A DNA stretch of 64,000 nucleotides from the NCBI GenBank assembly GCA_026706935.1, contig JAPOXV010000026.1:27721-91720 (forward strand). Direction: 5' to 3'. Position 1 is the first letter of the stretch, and the number at the start of each line of letters is the position of its first letter. The notes beneath the pieces were generated by a model. That model was not told the DNA's origin, made no database searches, and was given only the letters and a program-made list of their open reading frames with translations. Of this stretch, positions 30,297-39,690 are shown one piece after another. Both the position numbers and the translations under genes were made by a program. Source of the DNA: Gammaproteobacteria bacterium (lineage in GTDB: Bacteria > Pseudomonadota > Gammaproteobacteria > Pseudomonadales > Azotimanducaceae).

Positions 30297-30690
30297 GGCG
30301 TCGCCTCACCTCGGATACGAACGCTTCAACGGTTTTCTCGATCGCCCGTTTCATTAGCGTAGTAGAAAAAGCATTCAACAAGCGAGACGCAAATTCACAC
30401 GTGAGCTCAAGCGATACGCGACAGCCTTCTCCGTAATCCGTAAAAATCCAGTTACCATCAAACTCTGCAAATGGACCTTCGATTAATTCCAGTTTCAGCG
30501 CTTGGTTAGCGATAGGCGTGTTTCGCGTAACAATCCTCTCATGTACACCGTACGCCGATACCTCAATTCCCGCATCGTACGTCATCGACGTTTCATTCAA
30601 TACCACAGATTCCTGACACCCAGGAAGAAACTCCTGGTAGTGTTCAACGTCATTAACGACCTGGAAAATCTCCACCGCCGTAAAAGGCAC
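30283..30690 (-). CDS. ratA: RatA/COQ10-like SRPBCC protein (ribosome-association toxin family)
   Basis: VPFTAVEIFQVVNDVEHYQEFLPGCQES aligns with the E. coli RatA segment LVPYSAEQMYQLVNDVQSYPQFLPGC. The track start is a GTG that removes the first beta-strand; see findings. Confidence 0.8.
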   Translation of the reverse strand: MPFTAVEIFQVVNDVEHYQEFLPGCQESVVLNETSMTYDAGIEVSAYGVHERIVTRNTPIANQALKLELIEGPFAEFDGNWIFTDYGEGCRVSLELTCEFASRLLNAFSTTLMKRAIEKTVEAFVSEVRRRHGSD

Positions 30691-30756
30691 GATGACGCTG
30701 TGCTGTATTTTCAGATTGTCATCACCACGTCTTGACGCCCTGCAATCGAATTCGCC

Positions 30757-32139
30757 TTAGAGATGCGCTTGTATTTCGCGAATCGCTTCGATGATAAACA
30801 CTGCAAAGACCGCGATGGGCGTAACGTACCCTACGATGTAAGACCAACTTTGTTGGGCTTTCTCACGTATTAACCCAAGTTCTTCATAGACAACGGCTTT
30901 CGGTAATACGTGACCTACGATCAAAGCGATGAGCATACCGCCGAGTGGCAAGAGTACGAGTTGGGTAAGTTTGTCGAGACTATCGAAAAAGGTCCATTCA
31001 AAAAACGCGAGTTTGACATCCGACCACACGTTAAACGAAAGTACGCTACCTACACCTAACACCCAACAAACAACGCCGATGATCACGGCGATTTGAGCGC
31101 GTGTCAGCCTGCTTCGTTCCGATACGTAAGCAATCACCGGTTCTGAAATCGAAATCGCAGACGTTAATGCAGCTAACGCGACTAACAAGAAGAACAATCC
31201 ACCGAACAGCGCACCGCCTGGTAGATTGCCGAACGCGATTGGAACCGTCTCAAAGAGCAATCCAGGCCCTGCACCTGGTACCAATCCGTATGCAAACACG
31301 ATCGCAAAGATTGCGAGCCCTGCTAACAGAGCAAGAACGGTATCGAGAATCGCGATGGTGAAGGTGGTCGTACCAACCGAAACATCTTGTGGAACATAGG
31401 CGCCGTACGCCATGATCGCGCCCATGCCCAGTGACAGCGTAAAAAACGCATGACCCAAGGCAATCAAAATTGCTTGTGGACTTAAGGAACTGAAGTCAGG
31501 CGTAAACAGGAACGCCATGCTCTCAATAAACCCACCCGCGTGGATGCCGTATCCGATGAGAATCAACAACAAGACGAATACCGCAGGCATTGAATATCGC
31601 ACACACAGCTCCAATCCCCGCGTGACGCCACGCGCAACGAAGAAAATCGTGATCACCATAAAAATGCTGAACCACAGCAGTACCTGCATGGGGTCGGCTA
31701 GAAACGCGCCAAATGCTTCGCCGACCGCATTAGCGTCTGCTCCCGTGAACTCGCCACTGAATAAACGAACGATGTAATAGCAAACCCAGCCAGCGATGAC
31801 GGCATAGAACGACAGAATTAGGAAACCAGTTACTACACCCATGTAACCTACGATCGACCAATTCGTCGATCGATTGTGCTTTCGCGTCAAATTGAGAAGG
31901 GCTTGAATCGGGCTCGCGCGACCAAGTTTGCCTAGCATGATTTCGCTAGCCATGACGGGAATGCCAATGACCGCAATGCAAATCAAGTAAACCAACACAA
32001 ATGCGCCACCGCCGTTTTCGCCCGCAATGTATGGGAATTTCCAAATATTGCCAAGACCGACTGCAGATCCAGCCGCGGCGAGCACGAAGATATACGAGTT
32101 AGACCACATATCTGATCGTTCAGTGACCTGTTCGCTCAT
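30757..32139 (-). CDS. Sodium-dependent neurotransmitter:sodium symporter (NSS/SNF) family transporter
   Basis: 460-aa polytopic ORF with the signature GLGNIWKFPY. Confidence 0.9.
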   Translation of the reverse strand: MSEQVTERSDMWSNSYIFVLAAAGSAVGLGNIWKFPYIAGENGGGAFVLVYLICIAVIGIPVMASEIMLGKLGRASPIQALLNLTRKHNRSTNWSIVGYMGVVTGFLILSFYAVIAGWVCYYIVRLFSGEFTGADANAVGEAFGAFLADPMQVLLWFSIFMVITIFFVARGVTRGLELCVRYSMPAVFVLLLILIGYGIHAGGFIESMAFLFTPDFSSLSPQAILIALGHAFFTLSLGMGAIMAYGAYVPQDVSVGTTTFTIAILDTVLALLAGLAIFAIVFAYGLVPGAGPGLLFETVPIAFGNLPGGALFGGLFFLLVALAALTSAISISEPVIAYVSERSRLTRAQIAVIIGVVCWVLGVGSVLSFNVWSDVKLAFFEWTFFDSLDKLTQLVLLPLGGMLIALIVGHVLPKAVVYEELGLIREKAQQSWSYIVGYVTPIAVFAVFIIEAIREIQAHL

Positions 32140-32235
32140 CGTTCAGTCCTTCATCTGCGACGCCATGGTGTGGCTAGTTTAAGGGGTCAACGTTCCGCGA
32201 TTTCTTACCATTGGTGCCTTCGTGAGACGCACCAC

Positions 32236-32706
32236 ATGCCTAAACAAGACGCGCAATCAAGCATGATTGCTAGAAATCGTCGCGCACGTTTCAACTTCAG
32301 CCTTGAAAAGACATTTCAAGCGGGTCTCGTACTCGAAGGCTGGGAACTGAAGAGCATTCGGGCAGGTAAAGTACAGCTTGTCGATACATACGTGATCGTT
32401 CGCGAAAACGAAGCCTATCTACTTGGCGCACGAATCAACCCGCTTCCTAGTACCTCGACCCATAACGTCCCGCAACCCGATCGCACGCGAAAGTTGCTCT
32501 TGAACCGACGTGAACTTCGCGAAATAGCGGCCGCATTACAAATCAAAGGCAAGAGCTGCGTCGCGACCTCGATGTACTGGCGAGAGCAGTACGTCAAATG
32601 TGAAATCGCAATCGCGACAGGGAAACGCGCCTACGACAAGCGTAAGACGATTCAGGAGCGCGAGTGGAACCGGCAGAAAGAGAGACTACGTAAGCAGAGT
32701 ATCTAG
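32236..32706 (+). CDS. smpB: SsrA-binding protein SmpB
   Basis: IARNRRARFNFSLEKTFQAGLVLEGWELKSIR matches SmpB. The ATG at 32236 is preferred over the longer track ORF. Confidence 0.93.
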   Translation: MPKQDAQSSMIARNRRARFNFSLEKTFQAGLVLEGWELKSIRAGKVQLVDTYVIVRENEAYLLGARINPLPSTSTHNVPQPDRTRKLLLNRRELREIAAALQIKGKSCVATSMYWREQYVKCEIAIATGKRAYDKRKTIQEREWNRQKERLRKQSI

Positions 32707-33296
32707 CTCTCGACTTTAACCGCCGCTAATATCTCTTGCCGATTTCCCGGAAAGAGCACAACGCTTTCGCATTGCAGACGCGGAAAGGCAACTTCAAAAT
32801 CACGTCGCGACTTAGGATAACGCGAAACAAAGCGATCCCCGTTTATGTGTTCAAGCGTATCGTTTGAGAACAGCTTGTATTGACGGTAAGGCATCGGTAG
32901 GCGTTGGTCGACAGCCAAGAATCCATGCACCAACGTGTGTTCACCTAAATAACCGTCAATCTCGCTCGAGAACTGTCGCATCGCCTGGTCGTTCATCAGA
33001 TTGAGATAGTCCCAGAAGAAGCAAATATCGAATTCGACGTCGTTTGGAACGATGAACGGCAACAAGCCAGGACCACTACCGTCGTAACTCGATCGAACAT
33101 GGCGACCAATGTCAGCGAAAAAGAACTGACATGGTCTCTCAGCCGACACGATATCGATCGTTTGACCGATACCCACGCCTAAATCGAGAACTCGGAGTAC
33201 GCTTCGAGAACCTGTATGAGACAGTACCGTCGGTAATAGCGTGCTCGCGATGAAATCCGAGCGGCTCTCCTGCGGACTCATGACAACGACGCTCAC
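32703..33296 (-). CDS. Hypothetical protein, possible class I SAM-dependent methyltransferase
   Basis: 197-aa ORF with a motif-I-like segment VLDLGVGIG. Otherwise unrecognised. It lies in an operon-like arrangement with the bactofilin gene. Confidence 0.4.
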   Translation of the reverse strand: MSVVVMSPQESRSDFIASTLLPTVLSHTGSRSVLRVLDLGVGIGQTIDIVSAERPCQFFFADIGRHVRSSYDGSGPGLLPFIVPNDVEFDICFFWDYLNLMNDQAMRQFSSEIDGYLGEHTLVHGFLAVDQRLPMPYRQYKLFSNDTLEHINGDRFVSRYPKSRRDFEVAFPRLQCESVVLFPGNRQEILAAVKVES

Positions 33297-33322
33297 TTCG
33301 TGTCGTTGCCGCAGAATACCGG

Positions 33323-33862
33323 TTATTGCTTCGGGCTAGAAGCCGCGTCTGGTTTCCGCTGAGACGACGCGCCAGATTGCTGAGGAGTAGAACCAGGGCG
33401 CGGGGGCGATGCTGGCGCTGGTCTTCGCTGGGGCTCGGGCGCAGCCTGCGTTTTAGACGACTGCATATCGACGCTACCTTTGAAATGGGCACCATCTTCC
33501 AGGCTGACGCGGGGCGCATTGACGTTGCCGGCCACGGTGCTGTCCTTACGAATGATGACGAGCTCTTCGGCAACGATATCGCCTTCCACACGACCGCTTA
33601 CATCAACGTTTTTCGCTGTTACTGACGCTTGTGCAACGCCTGATTTACTAATCGTTGCAATGTTGTTTTTTAACGTAATCGAGCCACTCACGGTGCCCCT
33701 GATCTCAACATCACCAGTGCCTGTGATTTCTCCGGTAATCACAACACCCTTTCCGATAATCGTTCGGGAATCCGCACCTTGCGTCGTTGGGCGCGACTGC
33801 ACGGACGGAGTCGGTTGGTCTGGCGTAGCCAACGCATCATTCTCCTGTATTTGCACCGTCAT
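33323..33862 (-). CDS. Bactofilin (polymer-forming cytoskeletal protein)
   Basis: The beta-helical repeat core (GKGVVITGEITGTGDVEIRGTVSGSI...VSGRVEGDIVAEELVI...VAGNVNAPRVSLEDGAHFKGSVDM) is flanked by Pro/Ala/Ser-rich tails. Confidence 0.85.
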   Translation of the reverse strand: MTVQIQENDALATPDQPTPSVQSRPTTQGADSRTIIGKGVVITGEITGTGDVEIRGTVSGSITLKNNIATISKSGVAQASVTAKNVDVSGRVEGDIVAEELVIIRKDSTVAGNVNAPRVSLEDGAHFKGSVDMQSSKTQAAPEPQRRPAPASPPRPGSTPQQSGASSQRKPDAASSPKQ

Positions 33863-34013
33863 CGCACGTTATCTATGCGAGTGTGCCGTTTTCACTGTAG
33901 TGCCAAGGTATCAGTGTATTTCAACACCGACCGAGCGGACGTTTCCTCCCGTTTTCTGGCAAAACAATGCTTTAAACATATCATTATTTTATTGGGATAT
34001 GTAGGACGACTGT

Positions 34014-35858
34014 ATGGCTAGTTGGTCGTTCGGTTCGATCAGCATGCTAGAGCCTCGCGATTGGCAAGCGCTCAAAATGCTGCTGCCGTTCGTATTCGAG
34101 TTCAAATATCGCTTCGCGTTTTGCCTTCTCTGCCTCGTCCTAATTCAAGCTGCTAATCTCGCAAGCCCGTATCTACTCGGTTCACTCGTCGATCATTTCG
34201 CTGATACTGGCGCGGATCCTCTAGCTGTTGCTGCGACCGTCCCAGTCGCACTCCTTCTTATATATGTCTTCATCCGCTTTAGTGGACTCGCGATATCCGA
34301 AATCCAAAATGCGGTATTCGGCACAGTGACAGTTCGCGGTACACGTCGTCTGTCGCTCGTATTGCTCACACACCTGCATGGATTAGATCTCGAATACCAC
34401 CTATCGCGTAAGACAGGTGGACTTTCTCGCGATATGGATCGCGGAATTCACGCGCTCACGGGATTGATCCGATTGTTCACCTTCTCGCTGTTCGGTATGT
34501 TCTTGTCGATCGCCGGCGTCGTAGGTGTGTTTATTGCTTTTTTCGGATGGAGCTATGCTGTCATCAGCATCGCTTGCGCTGTGATTTACGCGGTCTACAC
34601 CGTCAAGGTTACTGCGTGGCGCACGCCCATCATTCGCCGTTCCAACGAAGCACACTCTAAAGCGCATACGCGCGCCATCGACAGCTTAATCAACCATGAA
34701 AACGTCAAGTATTTTGGTAACGAAGGCGCTGAGACCTCACTCTACGATCAGGAACTGACGATTTGGGAACGCGCGCGAGCGCGCAACCGCTATTCACTTG
34801 CTGCGCTCAATATAGGACAGTCCTTTGTCGTACATTTTGGTTTGTTATTCATGCTCGGCTTAGCGTGCTACGGTGTCGTTCAAGGTGAATACACGCCTGG
34901 CAATCTCGTTGCACTAAACGGGTACGCGTTACAGGTGTTTGGACCACTGGGAGCACTTGGTTCAATCTATAGGCAACTCAAACAAGCGTTTACCGACGTA
35001 GAGGCGATGCTGGACATTCTCGACACGCAGCCTACGGTATCCGCGCACGAAAATGCGCCGCCATTACCTGATGGCGACGGTCCAATCGAATTTCGAGACG
35101 TTCACTTTTTCTACAAGCCAGATCGACCTATTCTCAAGGGTGTCTCGTTTACTGTGAATCCCGGTGAGAGAGTCGCACTCGTGGGTCCAAGCGGGGGCGG
35201 TAAGTCCACGTTAGGACGACTGTTATTCCGTTTCTACGACGTTCACGCAGGAAGCATTTCAATCAATGGTTTGGACATTCGTGAAGTAAATCTCGACTCA
35301 CTTCGATCCAGAATCGGCGTTGTTCCGCAGGAAACAACGCTGTTCAACGACACGTTAAAGCAGAACATTCAATATGGATTACTGAACGCGACCAAACAAG
35401 ACATCGAGCTAGCTTGTAGGATGGCTCACCTTGATAGTTTGATTGACATATTGCCCGATGGTATGGAAACGGTCGTTGGTGAACGCGGGTTAAAGCTATC
35501 TGGCGGCGAAAAGCAACGCGTTGCGATTGCGCGTACCATGTTGAAGAAACCAACGTTCCTCCTGTTCGATGAGGCGACTTCGTCGCTGGATTCCGCGACA
35601 GAAGCGTCGATCATGCATGCGATCAATGAGGTATCCGAAGGTCACACCACCCTGATGATCGCGCACCGACTAAGTACGGTTATTGATGCTGATCGGATTT
35701 TGGTACTTGCGGACGGAGAAATTTGTGAAAGTGGCAGCCACGAGGAACTACTCGCCTTTGGCGGTCACTATGAGCAACTATGGAAGCTGCAACACCGTGA
35801 AATTGACCATGAGACGTTTCAACGAGAAACGGAGATGCGTCTTAGCCACGCCCAGTAA
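34014..35858 (+). CDS. ABC transporter, fused permease/ATPase (ABCB/Atm1-HMT1-like exporter)
   Basis: It has six predicted N-terminal TM helices, then Walker A GPSGGGKST, signature LSGGEKQR and Walker B LLFDEATS. The start could instead be the ATG at 34044. Confidence 0.9.
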   Translation: MASWSFGSISMLEPRDWQALKMLLPFVFEFKYRFAFCLLCLVLIQAANLASPYLLGSLVDHFADTGADPLAVAATVPVALLLIYVFIRFSGLAISEIQNAVFGTVTVRGTRRLSLVLLTHLHGLDLEYHLSRKTGGLSRDMDRGIHALTGLIRLFTFSLFGMFLSIAGVVGVFIAFFGWSYAVISIACAVIYAVYTVKVTAWRTPIIRRSNEAHSKAHTRAIDSLINHENVKYFGNEGAETSLYDQELTIWERARARNRYSLAALNIGQSFVVHFGLLFMLGLACYGVVQGEYTPGNLVALNGYALQVFGPLGALGSIYRQLKQAFTDVEAMLDILDTQPTVSAHENAPPLPDGDGPIEFRDVHFFYKPDRPILKGVSFTVNPGERVALVGPSGGGKSTLGRLLFRFYDVHAGSISINGLDIREVNLDSLRSRIGVVPQETTLFNDTLKQNIQYGLLNATKQDIELACRMAHLDSLIDILPDGMETVVGERGLKLSGGEKQRVAIARTMLKKPTFLLFDEATSSLDSATEASIMHAINEVSEGHTTLMIAHRLSTVIDADRILVLADGEICESGSHEELLAFGGHYEQLWKLQHREIDHETFQRETEMRLSHAQ

Positions 35859-35885
35859 AAAGCATCGTTGATGTTAATACCGTAA
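35843..35885. repeat. Direct repeat copy 1 (orphan duplicate of the SDR gene 3' end)
   Basis: tagccacgcccagtaaaaagcatcgttgatgttaataccgtaa is 38/43 identical to 36817-36859. On the minus strand it would encode TVLTSTMLFTGRG followed by a stop. Confidence 0.9.
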
Positions 35886-36013
35886 CGCACTCGATATTTC
35901 CGCTAAGCCGACAAAGCAAAACAGATTCTCCAAATGCGATGCCCACACCCCCTCACAAATCTTCGTAATCGATAAGTCGTTCGTCCCCTATAAGGCGTGT
36001 TCGTCGACGTTGC

Positions 36014-36436
36014 TTAACCGCGAATTCTGTCGAGAAACTTCGGAATCAACGACTTAAGATCAACCCGGTCAATTTTGGCAAGACGGTGTCCGGCAAGATC
36101 AACGACAGCCTGTGCTTGCTCGAGGGGAATGTAACCGAGAAGAGGCTCGTATCGACTACCGACGGGTTGCATATCAATAAATAGCGCTTCAGTGTTTACC
36201 TGGCGAAACGACCCAAAGCGTAGATGGATCGGTCCGCATATGTCGCCGGTCACGACGGATTGATTGGCTGTCTCGACTTGCACCGTGTCGTAAACCTCAA
36301 GGTCGCCGAGACGTTCACGCCACGCATTCGGTAATGTGAGGTATGCAGCTCCAGTATCGACCAAAACGTCGCACGTAATGCTGCAATTTGCGTCAGCTCC
36401 ATTCTTGATGGCAGCTTCGACGACTATTCGACCCAT
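36014..36436 (-). CDS. Retropepsin-like (clan AA) aspartic protease
   Basis: 140-aa ORF with the catalytic motif VLVDTGAAYLTLP (D-T-G). Its size is typical of bacterial single-domain retropepsin-like proteins. Confidence 0.7.
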   Translation of the reverse strand: MGRIVVEAAIKNGADANCSITCDVLVDTGAAYLTLPNAWRERLGDLEVYDTVQVETANQSVVTGDICGPIHLRFGSFRQVNTEALFIDMQPVGSRYEPLLGYIPLEQAQAVVDLAGHRLAKIDRVDLKSLIPKFLDRIRG

Positions 36437-36815
36437 CTGCGTATTGCTTCAGGAAGGCTTGTGACTTGGAAAGCTTACAGCTTTTAGCACTCGGGAAGTG
36501 TGACAGCAGCGAACTACACACAGACTATCGGCGATATCCGAACCTGGAGTCAACGGTATCTGAGCTTCAGTCGCAATGTGCGGGTCTTGCCGACCTACAA
36601 ACTGTCGAGTCGCCGTGCCGCGAGATTCGCGATCGACCCGTTGACGAGGAATGCACATAGCCGATCTGAGTCTTTCGGTATTTGTAAGACACGAAGGCGG
36701 TTAACTCTCGACGTGAAGCGACTTGGTACCTAACGCACCAGGAAACAGAACCAGAGGACGAATTACGGATATGAGATCGGCGATGAGTCTTGTCTTACAG
36801 CCCCGATTATTCGCC

Positions 36816-37562
36816 CTAGCCACGCCCAGTAAAAGGCATCGTTGAGGCCAAAACCGTAAGGTATTGGACGTTCGCGTCTAGCGGCAGACTATCCATGTAG
36901 AGGACGGCACGTACAACATTGTCAACGTGCATCGTCGGCTCCGCTTTTCGCGAGCCATCTGCTTGCGGCACACCATCGGTCATACGGGAGGTCATATCGG
37001 TTGCGGCGTTGCCAATATCAATCTGACCGCAAACTACATCGAACGCGCGACCGTCAAGTGCCGTCGACTTGGTGAGACCAGTGATCGCGTGCTTAGTCGC
37101 TGTATACGGTGCTGAGTTCGGACGCGGAACCTGCGCAGAGATTGAGCCATTGTTGATGATACGCCCTCCGCGGGGTGACTGGTACTTCATGATCTTCAGT
37201 GCCGCTTGTGTACACAGGAAAGCGCCCGTCAAATTCGTGTCGACCACGTGCTGCCACTGAGAGAGCGTCAGCTCTTCCATCGGGACTCCTGGTGCTCCCG
37301 TTCCTGCGTTATTGAACAGTAGGTCAAGACGGCCAAATTTCGAAAGGGTGCGATCAAAGAGAAGGTTTACGTCCTGAGGATTACCAACATCAGTGGCGAT
37401 CGCCAACGCACGATCGGAAGCACCTGATTCTTCGACGACTTCCTCGAGTACGGCAGCACGGCGACCAGCCAGTGCAACCGAATAGCCCTCCTCTAACAAC
37501 GCCAACGTGGTGTATTTGCCGATACCTGTACCAGCACCGGTAACGATTGCGACTTTACTCAT
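36816..37562 (-). CDS. Short-chain dehydrogenase/reductase (SDR)
   Basis: It has TGAGTGIG cofactor motif, NNAG, and the catalytic YxxxK (YTATK). Confidence 0.9.
   Translation of the reverse strand: MSKVAIVTGAGTGIGKYTTLALLEEGYSVALAGRRAAVLEEVVEESGASDRALAIATDVGNPQDVNLLFDRTLSKFGRLDLLFNNAGTGAPGVPMEELTLSQWQHVVDTNLTGAFLCTQAALKIMKYQSPRGGRIINNGSISAQVPRPNSAPYTATKHAITGLTKSTALDGRAFDVVCGQIDIGNAATDMTSRMTDGVPQADGSRKAEPTMHVDNVVRAVLYMDSLPLDANVQYLTVLASTMPFTGRG
36817..36859. repeat. Direct repeat copy 2 (authentic 3' end of the SDR gene)
   Basis: tagccacgcccagtaaaaggcatcgttgaggccaaaaccgtaa encodes [13 protein letters not shown] and the stop of the ORF at 36816..37562. Confidence 0.9.
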
Positions 37563-37564
37563 GA

Positions 37565-38614
37565 TTAGAGTGCCAAAGCTGTAGAAAAATCAGGAACGTT
37601 TGCCCAGCGTCCGGGATCCGATGCGCGCATGACTGCGATCGTTTTTATGACCTCAGGATTCGCTAGACCATGGGGTGGCTTGCCAGTTAACACTCGTATC
37701 ACATTCTCGGCCTGTTTGATGGGACATTCTTCGAGAAACGTCGGAGAGAATCCTGCGAGATGAGGCGTCACGATGGCATTTGGAAGTTTCAACAAGGGGT
37801 CATCCGACGCAATGGGTTCACGTTCAGTAACGTCTAGCGCCGCGGCTTCAATCTCGCCTGCTTCGAGCGCCTGCGCCAGTGCGGTGCCGTCAACAACGGG
37901 ACCTCGTGACGTGTTCACCAGTAGAGCTGTTGGTTTCATCTTATTGAGCGCTTCGGCGTCGATCAAATGTCTCGTTTCCTGAGTTCCAGAGCAGTGAATG
38001 GTGATGTAATCCGATTCTGCTAAGAATTCATCGAACGACACCATGCGCACACCGTAAAGATCCGCAGTCGATTGCTCAACATAGGGGTCGTATGCGATGA
38101 TCGCACTTGGACCAAAACCCCTAACACGATTGGCAAACGCTCTGCCGATATTGCCAAAACCAAGAATGCCCATGACGTGTCCGGCGATGCGACGAACTCT
38201 AAGTTGAAAAGAGTGGGTACTGCCACGCTCGTCAGCCCACGCACCGCGTCGCGAGGAATTCGACGCATCCGCAACACATCGCGTCAGAGCTAATAGAAGC
38301 GCCATTGCGTGGTCCGCGACTTCTGTGGTATTCACTCCAGGTACGTTACACGCAAGAATGCCAAGCTCCGTAGCCGCATCGAGATCGATTGAATCAACGC
38401 CAACGCCCATGCGACTCAGGACCTTTAAACGGGGACACGCCGCCATGACTTCTCGACTGGTGAGAGGTATCGTGTTAACTAGCGCACCGTCCGCGTCGGA
38501 CAACAAATCGACCATATCTTCAACCGAGCGAACGGGTTTCTCAACCACTTCGAAACCTGCTTGCTGAAACAAATCGACCCTGTTGTACGGGTTCGGCATT
38601 AATGCGACTTTCAA
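37565..38614 (-). CDS. D-isomer-specific 2-hydroxyacid dehydrogenase family protein
   Basis: It has the NAD motif [14 protein letters not shown] and a catalytic His context (VTPHLAG). Confidence 0.85.
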   Translation of the reverse strand: MKVALMPNPYNRVDLFQQAGFEVVEKPVRSVEDMVDLLSDADGALVNTIPLTSREVMAACPRLKVLSRMGVGVDSIDLDAATELGILACNVPGVNTTEVADHAMALLLALTRCVADASNSSRRGAWADERGSTHSFQLRVRRIAGHVMGILGFGNIGRAFANRVRGFGPSAIIAYDPYVEQSTADLYGVRMVSFDEFLAESDYITIHCSGTQETRHLIDAEALNKMKPTALLVNTSRGPVVDGTALAQALEAGEIEAAALDVTEREPIASDDPLLKLPNAIVTPHLAGFSPTFLEECPIKQAENVIRVLTGKPPHGLANPEVIKTIAVMRASDPGRWANVPDFSTALAL

Positions 38615-38635
38615 AAACGTAGCTCCTATTAAGCG

Positions 38636-38893
38636 TTACTTCATTTTTATGTACTCGAGGATATCGCGACGCACCGAATCTTCGACCGATGCGTTCAGTT
38701 CCTCTCGACTTATGTCTGGGCAGGTCTTTAACACTTGCGCCTCATTAAACAGAGGTTTAGTTTTCAAAGAACCTTCGACGTATTGGCCACCATCACACTG
38801 GTATTCGAACTCGACGCGCACAGGTAACTCAAACAAGCGATTGCAGCTTTCTACCAAATGTGTAACCACCCGCTTATCAACGACCCAAATCAC
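38636..38893 (-). CDS. Hypothetical protein
   Basis: 85-aa ORF at the head of the dehydrogenase/SDR operon. I recognise no motif. Confidence 0.4.
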   Translation of the reverse strand: MIWVVDKRVVTHLVESCNRLFELPVRVEFEYQCDGGQYVEGSLKTKPLFNEAQVLKTCPDISREELNASVEDSVRRDILEYIKMK

Positions 38894-38979
38894 ATCGGTT
38901 GCGTTACTTCCATTGTCTTCCTAATTATCCTACCGCCTCTATTCAATCACTTATTCATTAAGTTAGGTTCTAATACAGA

Positions 38980-39690
38980 GTGACGACAAAGCGGTCGGTC
39001 GTGCTGTTCGACCTCGGGGAGACGCTGTTTGAACCGTTACCGAGAGCGTTCGGTGAGCGGAATCTACTCAAATTCGCGAGGCAAGCCGACGTTGGTGAAT
39101 CCGACCAATCAGTGATCGAGTCGTTCGCTAAAGCGAAGAGCGAGGTCGCTCAAGAATTCTCCAAACGTATGTTCTACGAACATCGCGAGTTCATCGCTAC
39201 CGCGTTCATGAGGTGTTGTGAGTCCTTTGGGAACGACGGTGACGCGGCAGCCGACGCTTATGCAATGGCGCAACGTGACGACGTTATTGAGCACCTATCG
39301 CCGCGAGCGGATTGCTTCTTGACGCTTGAAGAACTTAACCGGAGGGGCTATCGTCTTGGTATCGTTTCGAACATTGATAACGATTGGCTTAGGCCGCTGA
39401 TCGATCGCTGGCAGCTCAGCGAGCGCGTTAATGCCATATTGAGTTCAGAAACAGCACGTTCGTGCAAGCCTGATGAGCGGATTTTTCAACTCGCGTGTGC
39501 GCAACACGATTGTGCACCGTCACAGGCGATCTTTATCGGCGACGATGAGAGGAACGACGTTCTTGGCGCAAATGGCGTAGGTATGACCAGCATCCTGTTA
39601 ACAGGCGCGGAAGCGCAACCTACCTCGACCGCCGCGAACTTCACGATTCAGAGATTGTCGAACGCACTCTCCTTAGAGATATTGGATTGA
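38980..39690 (+). CDS. HAD-superfamily hydrolase
   Basis: GTG start. It has motif I VLFDLGETL, motif II VSNID and motif IV GDDERNDV. Confidence 0.8.
   Translation: MTTKRSVVLFDLGETLFEPLPRAFGERNLLKFARQADVGESDQSVIESFAKAKSEVAQEFSKRMFYEHREFIATAFMRCCESFGNDGDAAADAYAMAQRDDVIEHLSPRADCFLTLEELNRRGYRLGIVSNIDNDWLRPLIDRWQLSERVNAILSSETARSCKPDERIFQLACAQHDCAPSQAIFIGDDERNDVLGANGVGMTSILLTGAEAQPTSTAANFTIQRLSNALSLEILD

Noticed and set aside
33139-34021. ORFs overlapping the bactofilin gene in other frames or on the other strand (33139..33591, 33326..33625, 33480..34004, 33779..34021)
   Set aside because: The bactofilin frame has a clear beta-helix repeat signature. The alternatives are Arg/Ser/Pro-rich shadows of its GC-rich tail.
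36484-36492. TTAGCACTC, an exact CIRCE half-site, in the non-coding part of the retropepsin cassette
   Set aside because: No inverted partner GAGTGCTAA lies 9 nt downstream (the sequence continues gggaagtgtgacagc). No chaperone gene is nearby. A single 9-mer match is expected by chance.
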